47,591 nucleotides of DNA from Stramenopiles sp. TOSAG23-6 (taxonomy: Eukaryota): contig LT635927.1 of the NCBI GenBank assembly GCA_900128565.1, positions 1 through 47,591 on the forward strand, read 5' to 3'. Position numbers and translations under genes: made by a program. Below, piece by piece: positions 9,859 through 19,418 of this stretch. The notes beneath the pieces were generated by a model. The model saw only the letters and a list, made by a program, of their open reading frames with translations. It made no database searches and was not told where the DNA came from. Within the stretch, counting starts at the first letter, position 1, and each line of letters starts with the position of its first letter.

Positions 9859-12024
9859 ATGCTGTCAGGCTTGGCAAGCCGATATACAAAGCAATGCGTT
9901 TTAGTTATGCCCCGGTGTACACGATCAATGGGTAGTAAGTCTCGATTTCGAGCAAAGCAGAGGCTAAAGACAGATTTCAAAGTTGTAAAGAGGTCTAAGG
10001 CTGAAAGTACTTTATCGAATGGAATTAAGGAATCTGGACAGAATAGAACAAATAGTACACCGGTAGGAACTGTTGCTAATGTAGATGTGTGTTCTAGTGA
10101 AGAAATTGGTAAAAGTGAAATTGTCTCAGAAGACAGTGACGACTTTGAAGAGAGTGATTCAGAAAGTCTTTCTGAAACTGTAGCGTTTCAACAATTGTTA
10201 AAAGAGCTTTCGCCGAAGAGTTTTGACGCAGAAGACGACGTCAAAGAAGCAAAAATATCATCTAATATTGACGATATCATTGATGATACTAGTATAGAGT
10301 ATGAATATATTTATTCTTCTGAGAGTGACTCTCCAGAAGTAAAAGGAAAGAAAAAGGAACTTCTTAATTTAGCAGAAGGTTACAACTGGAGAACAGTACC
10401 TCAACTCCCGAAAGAACTAGTCTCAGGAATTCAAACTATTGTCAAAGCTAGTAAGCGAAAAGTAAATCCATTGTATAAAGAATATCACAAGTTATGTGGA
10501 GATCTCAAGTATCGTTCTGATCTTAATATGCGTATAGCATTACATAAGATGGAGGAATCACAATCTGATAGCCGAGAACTTGCTGAACAAAAGGAATTAC
10601 ACAAAGAGTTTGCACAAGATGAATCAACTGGTAGAAATAGTTCTGTTGAAGATAAAATGAAAGCAGAGCAAGTAGAAGCAACTCAACCTTTTGTATACTG
10701 TCCAGCACGTACAATTTCACACACTGCATTTAGGATGCCACTTGCTTACTCTACAACGAAAACAGTTTTAAAGCAAATACGTAAAAGAGCACCACATTTC
10801 CAGCCACACTCTGTGCTGGATTTTGGATCTGGACCTGGTACATCACTTTGGGCTGCTCAAGATGTTTGGCCGACAGCAATTGATGAGTGTATTGCGATAG
10901 AGCCATCTCAGTCTATGTCTGTGGTTGCTCAGGCTTTGATGAAACAAGGTTTTACTGGTCCATCACCTAGATGGTTTCCAAGTCTTACAAATATTGCAAA
11001 AAGAGGCCGTGGTTCATCTGCTCGTCCGTTTTCTTTGGTAATTGCATCTAATGTGTTTGGTGAACTTCCAACTGATGGAGCTCGGGAAGCTGCATTACGA
11101 CTTCTTTGGCAATTAGTTGCGAATGATGGTATGCTTGTGCTAGTAGAACCAGGGTCCCGATGGGGTTCACGTTGTATTCAGGATGCTAGATCTACTTTAA
11201 TTGAAAAAGCAGGCGGTGACATGTCTATTATAGCTCCATGTACACATATGAAAAAATGTCCATTGGCTCTGAATACGAGAGATTCCGTGGTAAACTCTTT
11301 GATGTCGTCTGTTGATGAAGAGACAAATGAATCAAAAGAAAAATCAGTGAAAATAAAAAAATCAAAAAGTGCTGGCGGTAGTATTGGTCAAGTGGGTTGG
11401 TTTACTAAACCAAATAAAAGAAAGGGAAATAATAAAACAGGTGTACATTGTCATTTTCCTCAACGAGGACCCGAGCCTCCAATCAAACCTGATGCTGTTG
11501 AGGCCAGATCCACAGTATGGTCTTCGAAGTTTTCTTATTTGTCGGCTGTAAAGTCAAACAAAGAAACTTTCGATAAGAATGTTTCCAATGGTTTAGAAAC
11601 TGATTCAGCAGAGTATTATAATAATGAAAAAATTTCTCGCCTGCTTGGCCACCCTATAAAACGCAAAGGACATGTAATTATGGATCTGTGCAATGCCGAC
11701 GGAAATACTGAAAGAAGAATCGTTACAAAAGGAAAACTAAAAAAGCAAAAAGATGAATTTCCTGGAGCTTTCCGCGCTGCACGTAAGGCAACATGGGGTG
11801 GCGCATGGCCTCATCGGCTCATGCACGACCGTAAAGAAGCTTATTCTTTTGTGAAGTCATGGGAAACTGGCAATAGTACTACAAAGTCAAAACAGAAGTT
11901 AAGTGGTAAAAACTTTAACAATTTACTTGGTTCAGATTTTGATTTTGACGAGAATGATATCGAATTAGTGACAGACAATGATGACAGTGGCGAGAAAGAA
12001 CTTGCTGAAATTTTAAAACAATAA
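9859..12024 (+). CDS. RSM22: Mitoribosome small-subunit assembly factor Rsm22/METTL17 (SAM methyltransferase fold)
   Basis: Arg-rich presequence-like N-terminus; VLDFGSGPGTSLWAA, LVLVEPG, IIAPCTHMKKCPL, HCHFPQR, KFSY, KRKGHVIMDLC, ARKATWG. The Cys/His pattern matches the family's Fe-S ligands. Confidence 0.9.
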   Translation: MLSGLASRYTKQCVLVMPRCTRSMGSKSRFRAKQRLKTDFKVVKRSKAESTLSNGIKESGQNRTNSTPVGTVANVDVCSSEEIGKSEIVSEDSDDFEESDSESLSETVAFQQLLKELSPKSFDAEDDVKEAKISSNIDDIIDDTSIEYEYIYSSESDSPEVKGKKKELLNLAEGYNWRTVPQLPKELVSGIQTIVKASKRKVNPLYKEYHKLCGDLKYRSDLNMRIALHKMEESQSDSRELAEQKELHKEFAQDESTGRNSSVEDKMKAEQVEATQPFVYCPARTISHTAFRMPLAYSTTKTVLKQIRKRAPHFQPHSVLDFGSGPGTSLWAAQDVWPTAIDECIAIEPSQSMSVVAQALMKQGFTGPSPRWFPSLTNIAKRGRGSSARPFSLVIASNVFGELPTDGAREAALRLLWQLVANDGMLVLVEPGSRWGSRCIQDARSTLIEKAGGDMSIIAPCTHMKKCPLALNTRDSVVNSLMSSVDEETNESKEKSVKIKKSKSAGGSIGQVGWFTKPNKRKGNNKTGVHCHFPQRGPEPPIKPDAVEARSTVWSSKFSYLSAVKSNKETFDKNVSNGLETDSAEYYNNEKISRLLGHPIKRKGHVIMDLCNADGNTERRIVTKGKLKKQKDEFPGAFRAARKATWGGAWPHRLMHDRKEAYSFVKSWETGNSTTKSKQKLSGKNFNNLLGSDFDFDENDIELVTDNDDSGEKELAEILKQ

Positions 12025-12074
12025 ATGACATATAAAATAATATATACGTTTTAATGAAAGAAAACAGAAGCTAA

Positions 12075-13577
12075 TTACACTAAAAATGGACTATCTAAAC
12101 ATGAGTAACCCGTAGCCACACCTCCTTCATCAACACCTAATGCTTTGGTTCTCAAAAGTTGTCCACAATGACCCTTATTCATTAAAACATTATTTTCTGG
12201 TAGCGACATAAAGCAACCATAAATTCCCAATTCTTGTACTGATGGGACACATCGGACTTTTCCTTCACGGGCTAATAAAGCATACGCTGGCTGGGGATAA
12301 ATGCGTTGCATCAACACATACGCAGATAGTTCCTCAGGTGACATATTTTCTAAAGCATTCTTAATATCAATACCATAAAGATTATTTCCTCCACCCTCTC
12401 GTTGTGGTTTCATGACATAATTTTCTGGAAACTTTTTGGCTTCAGAAACAGCTAACTCATCTGCATTTGATACACCAGGACCAAGAGCCCATTGTCCAGC
12501 AAAATGTATACTTACCAACTCTGCTTCAGTTTTGCTAAGGAAACGGTGAAGAACATTTGGTGTATTCAAGACTTGTTGGATTTTTTTTGCACCTACTAAT
12601 TGGTATGCCACTGAAGGACACTTAATTGCAAACGACTTTTCAATGGATAATCGAACTTTCCATTCTTTCTCTGTTGGATAATCATTTGGTGTATATCCCG
12701 CACGAAAATAAACAACAGATATTTCTTTTTCACATACAAATAATTTTGTATTACGTATAGCTAAATCTTGAGTAAGTTCTGTAAGTGTTTTTCGAATAAC
12801 AGAAATTCCATGACTTTGCAGTAAAGCAAATTCTAAGGAACGCTGATCAGCAAAATTACGTTCGTCTTTCTGAACAACAAATAATACATAAATGGCTTTA
12901 TCTTCACGTAAGGCAGAAGCGAAACGATTCATTATGTAATATTCGTGAGCGAAAGCAATTCCCGCAGGAATGGACTCAAGCGCCGGATTACTGGGCAAAG
13001 CTGCATTAATGTCTGACTGACTTTCTCCATAAAATGACTTCAATATATTATCATCATGTTCATTCAGATGTTTTTGCATCAACCATTGCATCGCAAATTT
13101 ATGCCACTCACTAACTCCTGCCATTAAACCTCCAAATGATGCAGCAATTGTATTAAGTTCGACCTGCAATAAACGCTGATCTGATTTGTTCAGCATATAG
13201 TCAGATCTGAATATACCAAAGTAAGCAGACTGAGCAAGGCCATCTTTTTGCACTTGCTCAGATATATTCAAAAGCTTCCCTGTGAAAGGATCCGCATCAC
13301 CAGTTTTTTTAAGAGTACTATGAAGCCAAGGAATATCACGAGCAATGCGATCAACAAGCAAATTGAAAATAGGATTGACAGTAACAGCAGTCTCAAATAC
13401 TGTTCGAGAGAACATCGCTGGGAGCAATGTCATTGGTACGTGACAATATTCACCATGTTTACTCGTTCCTGAGACGAGTCCTTTTGTTCCTGCCATGTGT
13501 ATCATTTCCTCAAGAAGTTCTTCCTTTGACGCAGTGCTGAGATCATTCATTTTTTTCATCAAAGTTCGCGAACTCAT
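12075..13577 (-). CDS. GSS: Glutathione synthetase (eukaryotic type)
   Basis: FRSDYM, QVELNTIAASF, ERNFADQ, VVYFRAGYTP, IKCPSVAYQLVGAKKIQQ, MKPQREGGGNN, ELGIYG, EGGVATG. Confidence 0.96.
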   Translation of the reverse strand: MSSRTLMKKMNDLSTASKEELLEEMIHMAGTKGLVSGTSKHGEYCHVPMTLLPAMFSRTVFETAVTVNPIFNLLVDRIARDIPWLHSTLKKTGDADPFTGKLLNISEQVQKDGLAQSAYFGIFRSDYMLNKSDQRLLQVELNTIAASFGGLMAGVSEWHKFAMQWLMQKHLNEHDDNILKSFYGESQSDINAALPSNPALESIPAGIAFAHEYYIMNRFASALREDKAIYVLFVVQKDERNFADQRSLEFALLQSHGISVIRKTLTELTQDLAIRNTKLFVCEKEISVVYFRAGYTPNDYPTEKEWKVRLSIEKSFAIKCPSVAYQLVGAKKIQQVLNTPNVLHRFLSKTEAELVSIHFAGQWALGPGVSNADELAVSEAKKFPENYVMKPQREGGGNNLYGIDIKNALENMSPEELSAYVLMQRIYPQPAYALLAREGKVRCVPSVQELGIYGCFMSLPENNVLMNKGHCGQLLRTKALGVDEGGVATGYSCLDSPFLV

Positions 13578-13764
13578 ATTGGTGTATATATGTAGAAAAA
13601 TGCGCTTCTGTTACGTTTAATATACCTTCGTAGTTGGTACAGTAATAACGAGTAATAGAAAAATATTTATGAGTCACACTAGTTAATACACTACGGCAAA
13701 TGTGTGTGTTATACTGTTCAGTTCGTGTTCACAACTTCTCACATGACGACGAGAAGTTCTTCCG

Positions 13765-13788
13765 GTTGACCGATGAGTTGACCGATGA
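13765..13788. promoter_or_regulatory. 12-bp tandem duplicate GTTGACCGATGA x2 in the GSS/SGNH divergent spacer
   Basis: Exact direct repeat running into TGACGTC; regulatory role inferred from position. Confidence 0.45.
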
Positions 13789-13899
13789 CGTCTAAAAACA
13801 TCAAATCTCAAATCGTGTTGACAGAAACGGGGAACGCAGCAAGTCATAGTATATGAATATGATATATAGTAGGTAGTGTAATTTATCTATTAATAATAA

Positions 13900-14907
13900 A
13901 TGAAAATAATAATTGTTGGCGATTCTCACACAGATGCCTGGAAACTAGCGCGTTTATTACCCACTCCAGCTAAGTGCCACGAGCTAGATATTGTGTTATG
14001 TCGTCGTTCAGGCACGTCGGCAATGGGTTTATGCAACGACTCTAGCAAAACAAAGTCTGGTTTTCGTTGGCGTCGGTTCATTGCAAGTAATGCAAAAAAA
14101 GCTGAGGCTTTGGTGGTCCAAGTAGGTGGAGTGGACTTAGATTATATCTATTTTTACAAGTTACACAATTCTATAGGTGAGAAATGGACATATGAAAAAC
14201 AAATAGAAATTTCTATTCGTGGAATATCAACTTGGTTGAGGTCACTTCGCAACGAGCGACCAAGTCGTGTTGTACTCGTTGGTGTTCAACCTCCAGTTTT
14301 GCCTACACCAGAATTAGTCAAGAGATCTCTTGCAATCGCAGCAAAAAAATCAGCACATTCACAAGAAGCACATTTGAATGTCACAGAATTTGAAGTACTA
14401 TCACATCGAGAACGGACAGAAGCAACGAAAGCGTATAATTTGAAACTTCAGCAGTTAGCAAAATCTTTGGGATTTCTCTACTTGGAGATATCAGATAAGT
14501 TAATTAATGAAGAAACTGGTGTTGTTTGTGAAGAATTTCTTGATCCATCAAGGGTAGCAGCTGCTGATGTACATTTGAGTGAAGAAGCTACAGCACCTCT
14601 ATATATGCGTCAACTAAGGAATATTCTTTGGGATGAAAACATAATTGCATCTACAAGCAACTACGGTATGGGAGCTACTTTGAGTAGTGAAACAATTACG
14701 CTTCCAAAGAAGCGCAGGAAAAGTAGAAAGTTACGTATTCATGGAAATACTGTTCGTGCTTATATAGACGATGTGAATAACAGAGTAATTATACCGAAGC
14801 AAAATGGAGAACACAAAAAATATTTAAATAGTAATAGAGACACTCGCAAAGTCTACAATAGCAATCCTCTAGATACCACAAGAAAACGACCCCGAATACA
14901 AAAATAA
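13900..14907 (+). CDS. SGNH/GDSL hydrolase-fold protein
   Basis: Block I IIIVGDSH, block III-like GGVD, block V DVH; basic C-terminal tail. Confidence 0.65.
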   Translation: MKIIIVGDSHTDAWKLARLLPTPAKCHELDIVLCRRSGTSAMGLCNDSSKTKSGFRWRRFIASNAKKAEALVVQVGGVDLDYIYFYKLHNSIGEKWTYEKQIEISIRGISTWLRSLRNERPSRVVLVGVQPPVLPTPELVKRSLAIAAKKSAHSQEAHLNVTEFEVLSHRERTEATKAYNLKLQQLAKSLGFLYLEISDKLINEETGVVCEEFLDPSRVAAADVHLSEEATAPLYMRQLRNILWDENIIASTSNYGMGATLSSETITLPKKRRKSRKLRIHGNTVRAYIDDVNNRVIIPKQNGEHKKYLNSNRDTRKVYNSNPLDTTRKRPRIQK

Positions 14908-15010
14908 TAGTTCTTATTCTTAAAAAAACGAAATAGTTTTATTATCATATATCAAAGTTATAAAGAGAAATAGCCAAATTCCCCTGAGTTTATTACACGG
15001 CTAGCTATAT

Positions 15011-16495
15011 TTACCATAGAGGACGAGATGTTGAAAACTTTGTCCGCCTTTTTCTTTTTTCTTCCTCACTCTCCTGCTTTTGTAAAAATTCTGGAGGCAA
15101 AGCATGACCTGCATCTTGATGTTCTCTCAACTTGCGTGCAAAAACTTCTTTTACACGAAGCTTGTATACGTCACCATCCATTGCATTACGAGCATCAACC
15201 TCTCTTTGCTGTACAATTTTCTGTTTAGCTTGTTCCTTTCGCCTATCCCTTAACTCTGCAAGTTCTTTAGCATGTTGTATATTAATCTGATGCTTCCTTT
15301 CTTTCTCCCGTTGAAGACGATCCTCAATCACTACTTGCTCTTTTGTTATTCGTGCCATATATGCTTTGTCCAGTTTCTTTTCTATGAGCTCGTCTCTTGC
15401 CTTGAGACGGATTTGTTTATCACGGTCTCGAATCACTGTAGCCATCATTTCTTTTCGATCATCTATTCTTTTTTGATACATTGCATCTTCTTTAAGTTTG
15501 CGCTCTCTTTGGCGTAATTTCGCTCTCTTCTCATCTTCTTCTCCTCGTTTATCATTCGCCTTTTCTTGTAAAGCTCGTAATCTTGCTACCTCGCGGTCTG
15601 CTTCAGCCTTTATTGCTAACTCTCTTGCAACTCGTTGTTCTTCTTCATAATTTTTCATTGCCAAAAACTTCATAATGCGTTTGTCTTCTGCTCTGTCTTC
15701 AGCTGCTCGTATTAAACGGTATTTCCGAGCTTGTATATTAGCAGCAGCTAAAACTTCATTTCGCCTTCTCTGTTCCTCAACTTTACGCTTTTGTGCTTCT
15801 TCGTCTTGTACAACCATTTTTTGTATGCGCCTTTTCATTGCTCGACCTTCTTGCTCTTTTGCCTCAAGTTCCAATATTTTGCGTCGCTCACATTCGAGCT
15901 TCTGCTGGGTTAGCTCAGCCGCATAAGATTTCTTTCGATTGTGTAATCTTATCTGTTCCTGCTCAGCTGCATAAAGAGCTGCATCACGCTCTTTCATTTT
16001 TTCAACAAAGAAGTGTTGATCATATTTATCTTCTTTTTCTTTGCGGGCAATTCGTTCAAAGATCTGTTGCTCGCGAATACTTTTCACTTTCATAATATTC
16101 AGCTTATGTTGTAAAGTCTTAACTTCATCAAGCTCTTCGTCCATCATAGCTGCAGCTCTAACATTTGCTGGACCATCTCCTTGCTCTCGAATACGGCGAT
16201 CATACTCCTGTTGCACAGTAGGTCGAGGTGCAGTTATCCATTTGATATCTGGACCACTTTTTCTTTTATCTTCGGCACGCTNAGCTGCTATTTTCTTTTG
16301 AAGCTCAAACTCTTCTTCGGCAGTTAGTGCTCGACGTTGCATTTGCCTATATGTAGAACGAGATAAACTTAACGGAGCTGTCTCCTGATTTTGGGCTAGA
16401 ACTTGAGAAGCTGTACGTCCAGCGTTTTGTAATTTTTGTTTGCGTCGACGAGCAGCCTGAGACTCCCCGAAGAGTGATTCATCGACGTAGCTCAT
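15011..16495 (-). CDS. CFAP45: Cilia- and flagella-associated protein 45 (TPH coiled-coil microtubule inner protein)
   Basis: N-terminal SYVDESLFG motif; DEELDEVKTL...IREQQI and EVARLRALQEKAND motifs; E/K/R-rich coiled coil. ATG placed at 16495 (the ORF track uses an upstream TTG). Confidence 0.88.
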   Translation of the reverse strand: MSYVDESLFGESQAARRRKQKLQNAGRTASQVLAQNQETAPLSLSRSTYRQMQRRALTAEEEFELQKKIAAXRAEDKRKSGPDIKWITAPRPTVQQEYDRRIREQGDGPANVRAAAMMDEELDEVKTLQHKLNIMKVKSIREQQIFERIARKEKEDKYDQHFFVEKMKERDAALYAAEQEQIRLHNRKKSYAAELTQQKLECERRKILELEAKEQEGRAMKRRIQKMVVQDEEAQKRKVEEQRRRNEVLAAANIQARKYRLIRAAEDRAEDKRIMKFLAMKNYEEEQRVARELAIKAEADREVARLRALQEKANDKRGEEDEKRAKLRQRERKLKEDAMYQKRIDDRKEMMATVIRDRDKQIRLKARDELIEKKLDKAYMARITKEQVVIEDRLQREKERKHQINIQHAKELAELRDRRKEQAKQKIVQQREVDARNAMDGDVYKLRVKEVFARKLREHQDAGHALPPEFLQKQESEEEKRKRRTKFSTSRPLW

Positions 16496-16776
16496 TATCA
16501 ATCCTTGAACGTTTCAAATGTATACTGAATGTATACGTTGTGAGATATAAATATATGTACTCAATCAATGTGTACAATGAAATGTAAAGCAAAATCAATA
16601 GAATATATGATATTCGATATCCGTCGATACTAAAGTACTACTACAACAAAAAGATGTAACGTCAAAAATCGAAATTGGCCATCTTGTGAATTTCTTAATT
16701 TAACTGCTATTTTAAAAAAAAATTTTAATATGGTAGTCAACAAAAAAAAAGCAATATATATTATATTTTCTTTATC

Positions 16777-17865
16777 TTATGTACAAAATTTATCACGCAC
16801 TTGCTTTCCCCTTTGATACCGCTGAATAATTCTAGCAGAGTGAGACTTTGATCTTTGTAAGGAAAGTGGATAACCAAAGAATGAACACTCCACCATTCGA
16901 TGTATGAGTTTTTGTTGACTATTACCATCAAGAAAACTATTATCCACTTTGGAGTTCGAGTATACTTCTATTTGCTTTGAATCATTTTTTCCTTGACATA
17001 GAATATATCGATTCTTAGGTAAAATTATCATTTCTACATTTTTTGAATGACGTAGAATACTAACTGCCACCCACAGTATAGGACAATCGGGCTTCAAAAC
17101 AGGAAGTTTTTGTAGTGCATCATGAAGATCTGGTAGAAGTGTCTTGAGCATAAACGAGGAACTTCGTTGTCTCTCAGATTCTACTTTCTCTCTACCCCCA
17201 CGATAAAAACAGATTATTCCATTTTTATTCTGTACATCTTTAACACTAGCAAGTAAATNCCGCCCAAGCCATAAGTGTAAATCTCTGGGTCTTTCAAGGG
17301 CAATTTCTGTGAGACCTTTTGTTACAACATCCATAACACTCTTCTCTAAATATTCCGTCGTTCTTTCTTGCACGAGACCAGCACGTAAACTAACTAGTTG
17401 ATCAGCGTCAGGAACTCGTTCTGGAATGCGTCTTCGGATACGCTGTGACTTGCCCGAGGTTGGATTATTTTTTCGCATTGTTTCAAATACAATAGTATAC
17501 TTTCGGTTATTTAAAACCAGTTCATTTACACCAAGTTTATCTTCCTTGAAAGAACCTTCGATAATATCCGTGCAATCTTCACCTTCGAAACAGTCAGAAA
17601 AACTTTTCCATTTACCTGACTCATAATATTCCCAAATTGCAGGACATTGACCAAGTGAGGTATTCTTGACAGTTAACCTTCTTTTAACTTCATCCATATC
17701 TGTTCCGAGCAAAAGTTTTGATCCATTAATCCGAGCCTTAAATTCTACATCTGAGGGCTCCGTCTGTAGATATTTTTTTGCCTGTTCTATCTTTTTCAAA
17801 AGCTTTTTTGATTTTTTTACGCTTTTCACCTTCGTTTTCGAGCTCACTATCTTTGCAATGTTCAT
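16777..17865 (-). CDS. WWE domain + two Dpy-30-like motifs + IQ motif protein
   Basis: WWE: WEYYESGKWKSF...IEGSF...YTIVFETMRKNNPTSGKSQRIRR. Dpy-30: YLEKSVMDVVTKGLTEIALERPRDLHLWLG and FMLKTLLPDLHDALQKLPVLKPDCPILWVA. IQ: ARIIQRYQRGKQVR. First in-frame ATG is 17865; a short upstream exon (ATG near 17939, possible 38-nt GT-AG intron 17905..17868) cannot be excluded. Confidence 0.7.
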   Translation of the reverse strand: MNIAKIVSSKTKVKSVKKSKKLLKKIEQAKKYLQTEPSDVEFKARINGSKLLLGTDMDEVKRRLTVKNTSLGQCPAIWEYYESGKWKSFSDCFEGEDCTDIIEGSFKEDKLGVNELVLNNRKYTIVFETMRKNNPTSGKSQRIRRRIPERVPDADQLVSLRAGLVQERTTEYLEKSVMDVVTKGLTEIALERPRDLHLWLGRXLLASVKDVQNKNGIICFYRGGREKVESERQRSSSFMLKTLLPDLHDALQKLPVLKPDCPILWVAVSILRHSKNVEMIILPKNRYILCQGKNDSKQIEVYSNSKVDNSFLDGNSQQKLIHRMVECSFFGYPLSLQRSKSHSARIIQRYQRGKQVRDKFCT

Positions 17866-18163
17866 TTCTGTTAAAAAATATAGTACAATACTCAATGGAA
17901 ACTACTATTCCATCGTTGACTATGCTGATGCATCATCATAAGTGGTATTAAAATAGGTATTTCTTTTCTTTAGTGTTTTGTAGAAAACAGTTACGAAAAA
18001 AGTTTGAATTAGGGTTAGGGTGGAAAAACTGTCAAATTTCATTCGGTGACCGTCATATTTTGTTTTCACGTGACGACCATAAATAAACTCTTTGTTTACT
18101 AAGTCTTTGCAACACTCAGCCACTCTGTACACTAGATTTTATCAATACTCCAGATTCTCAATT

Positions 18164-19291
18164 ATGTTTTCTAAAATGATTCGCTCAGTTGCATCTCGCG
18201 CAGCAATTCGCCAACAGTTTACTCGAAGTTTTGCAGCCACTAAAATCGATGGCACTGCGATTTCGAAGGCTGTACGTGAAGAAGTTGCAGCGGAGACAGC
18301 CGGTCTCAAGGCCAAGCACGGTGATGCTGCAGGTACTCCTGGTCTCGCGGTAGTTCTTGTTGGTGCTCGCCCAGATAGGTACGTCACTTTTATTGAAAAT
18401 TTTCTCTCACAATATATTTATATGTCTCTACNTTTTTNTATTTNTTNTTTNATTTNCAGTTTAGCTAACACTCTTCTCTTTCTCCCATACGTCTTACAAA
18501 ACAGTGCGACATATGTCAATATGAAAGAAAAAGCTTCGGCTGAATGCGGATTTAAGTCTATTAAAGAAGTTCTTGATGAGAATGTCCCTGAAGAGGAGCT
18601 GTTTGCATTGGTAAACAAGTTGAACGCAGACCCTACTGTGGACGGAATTCTAGTACAGCTTCCATTACCTGAGCATATCAATCAAAAGAAGATTCTTGAA
18701 GCAATTTCAGTGGACAAAGATGTTGATGGTTTCCATCCATATAACATGGGTGGACTTGCGCGATTAGGTGAAGAATTGCGCCAGCGTCGTGATGGTTCTG
18801 AGTTTAGTTACCGAGTAGCAGCAAATAATGCTTGTACTCCTCTTGGTTGTGTTGAGCTTTTAGATCGTTCTGGTGTTGATTTGAATGGTGCCAACGTGGC
18901 CGTTTTGGGACGGAGTAACATTGTAGGTCTGCCTGTAGCTATGATGCTTCTTCATCGTAACAGTACTGTAACAATGTGCCATTCCAGAACAAAGAATCTC
19001 GATGAAGTTGTTCGTGCTGCTGATGTTGTTATTGCTGCAATTGGAATGCCAGAATTCGTCAAAGGCGGTTGGATAAAGCCTGGAGCTACTGTAATTGATG
19101 TCGGTGTCAACTTCAAAGATGCCCCAGAAAGAAAGTCTGGTAAAAAAATGTGTGGAGATGTTGACTATGCTGCTGCATTTGAGCACGCTGGTGCAATCAC
19201 TCCTGTTCCTGGCGGTGTTGGTCCAATGACCATTGCAATGCTTATGCGCAATACAGTTGAAAATGCCAAGCGTCGTCTAGGTGAAAAATAA
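18164..19291 (+). CDS. folD: Bifunctional methylene-THF dehydrogenase/cyclohydrolase FolD, probably mitochondrial; exons 18164..18378 and 18505..19291
   Basis: IDG, PGLAVVLVG, spliced junction restores RPDSATYV, DGILVQLPLP, KDVDGFHP, CTPLG, GRSNIVGLP, TPVPGGVGPMTIAML. Presequence-like MFSKMIRSVASRAAIRQQFTRSF. Confidence 0.95.
   Translation: MFSKMIRSVASRAAIRQQFTRSFAATKIDGTAISKAVREEVAAETAGLKAKHGDAAGTPGLAVVLVGARPDRYVTFIENFLSQYIYMSLXFXIXXXIXSLANTLLFLPYVLQNSATYVNMKEKASAECGFKSIKEVLDENVPEEELFALVNKLNADPTVDGILVQLPLPEHINQKKILEAISVDKDVDGFHPYNMGGLARLGEELRQRRDGSEFSYRVAANNACTPLGCVELLDRSGVDLNGANVAVLGRSNIVGLPVAMMLLHRNSTVTMCHSRTKNLDEVVRAADVVIAAIGMPEFVKGGWIKPGATVIDVGVNFKDAPERKSGKKMCGDVDYAAAFEHAGAITPVPGGVGPMTIAMLMRNTVENAKRRLGEK
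18379..18504 (+). other. Spliceosomal GT-AG intron in folD (126 nt, in frame, no stop)
   Basis: AG|GTACGT donor, GCTAAC branch-like site near 18464, ACAG acceptor, T-rich body. Removal restores the conserved D-S-x-x-Y-V motif. Confidence 0.9.
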
Positions 19292-19418
19292 TTATTACCA
19301 TTTTTTTAGCATTATGAACTTGTTCCATAATGTTCAAACATTACACATTTTAAATGCACAAATAAATATTTTATGTCATAGAAATAAACTAAATCATGGG
19401 TCAATTGACTATTTATTA

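Noticed and set aside
18092-18504. ORF-track FolD with a TTG start and a 42-aa hydrophobic insert
   Set aside because: The insert is a GT-AG intron, and the ATG at 18164 begins a plausible presequence.
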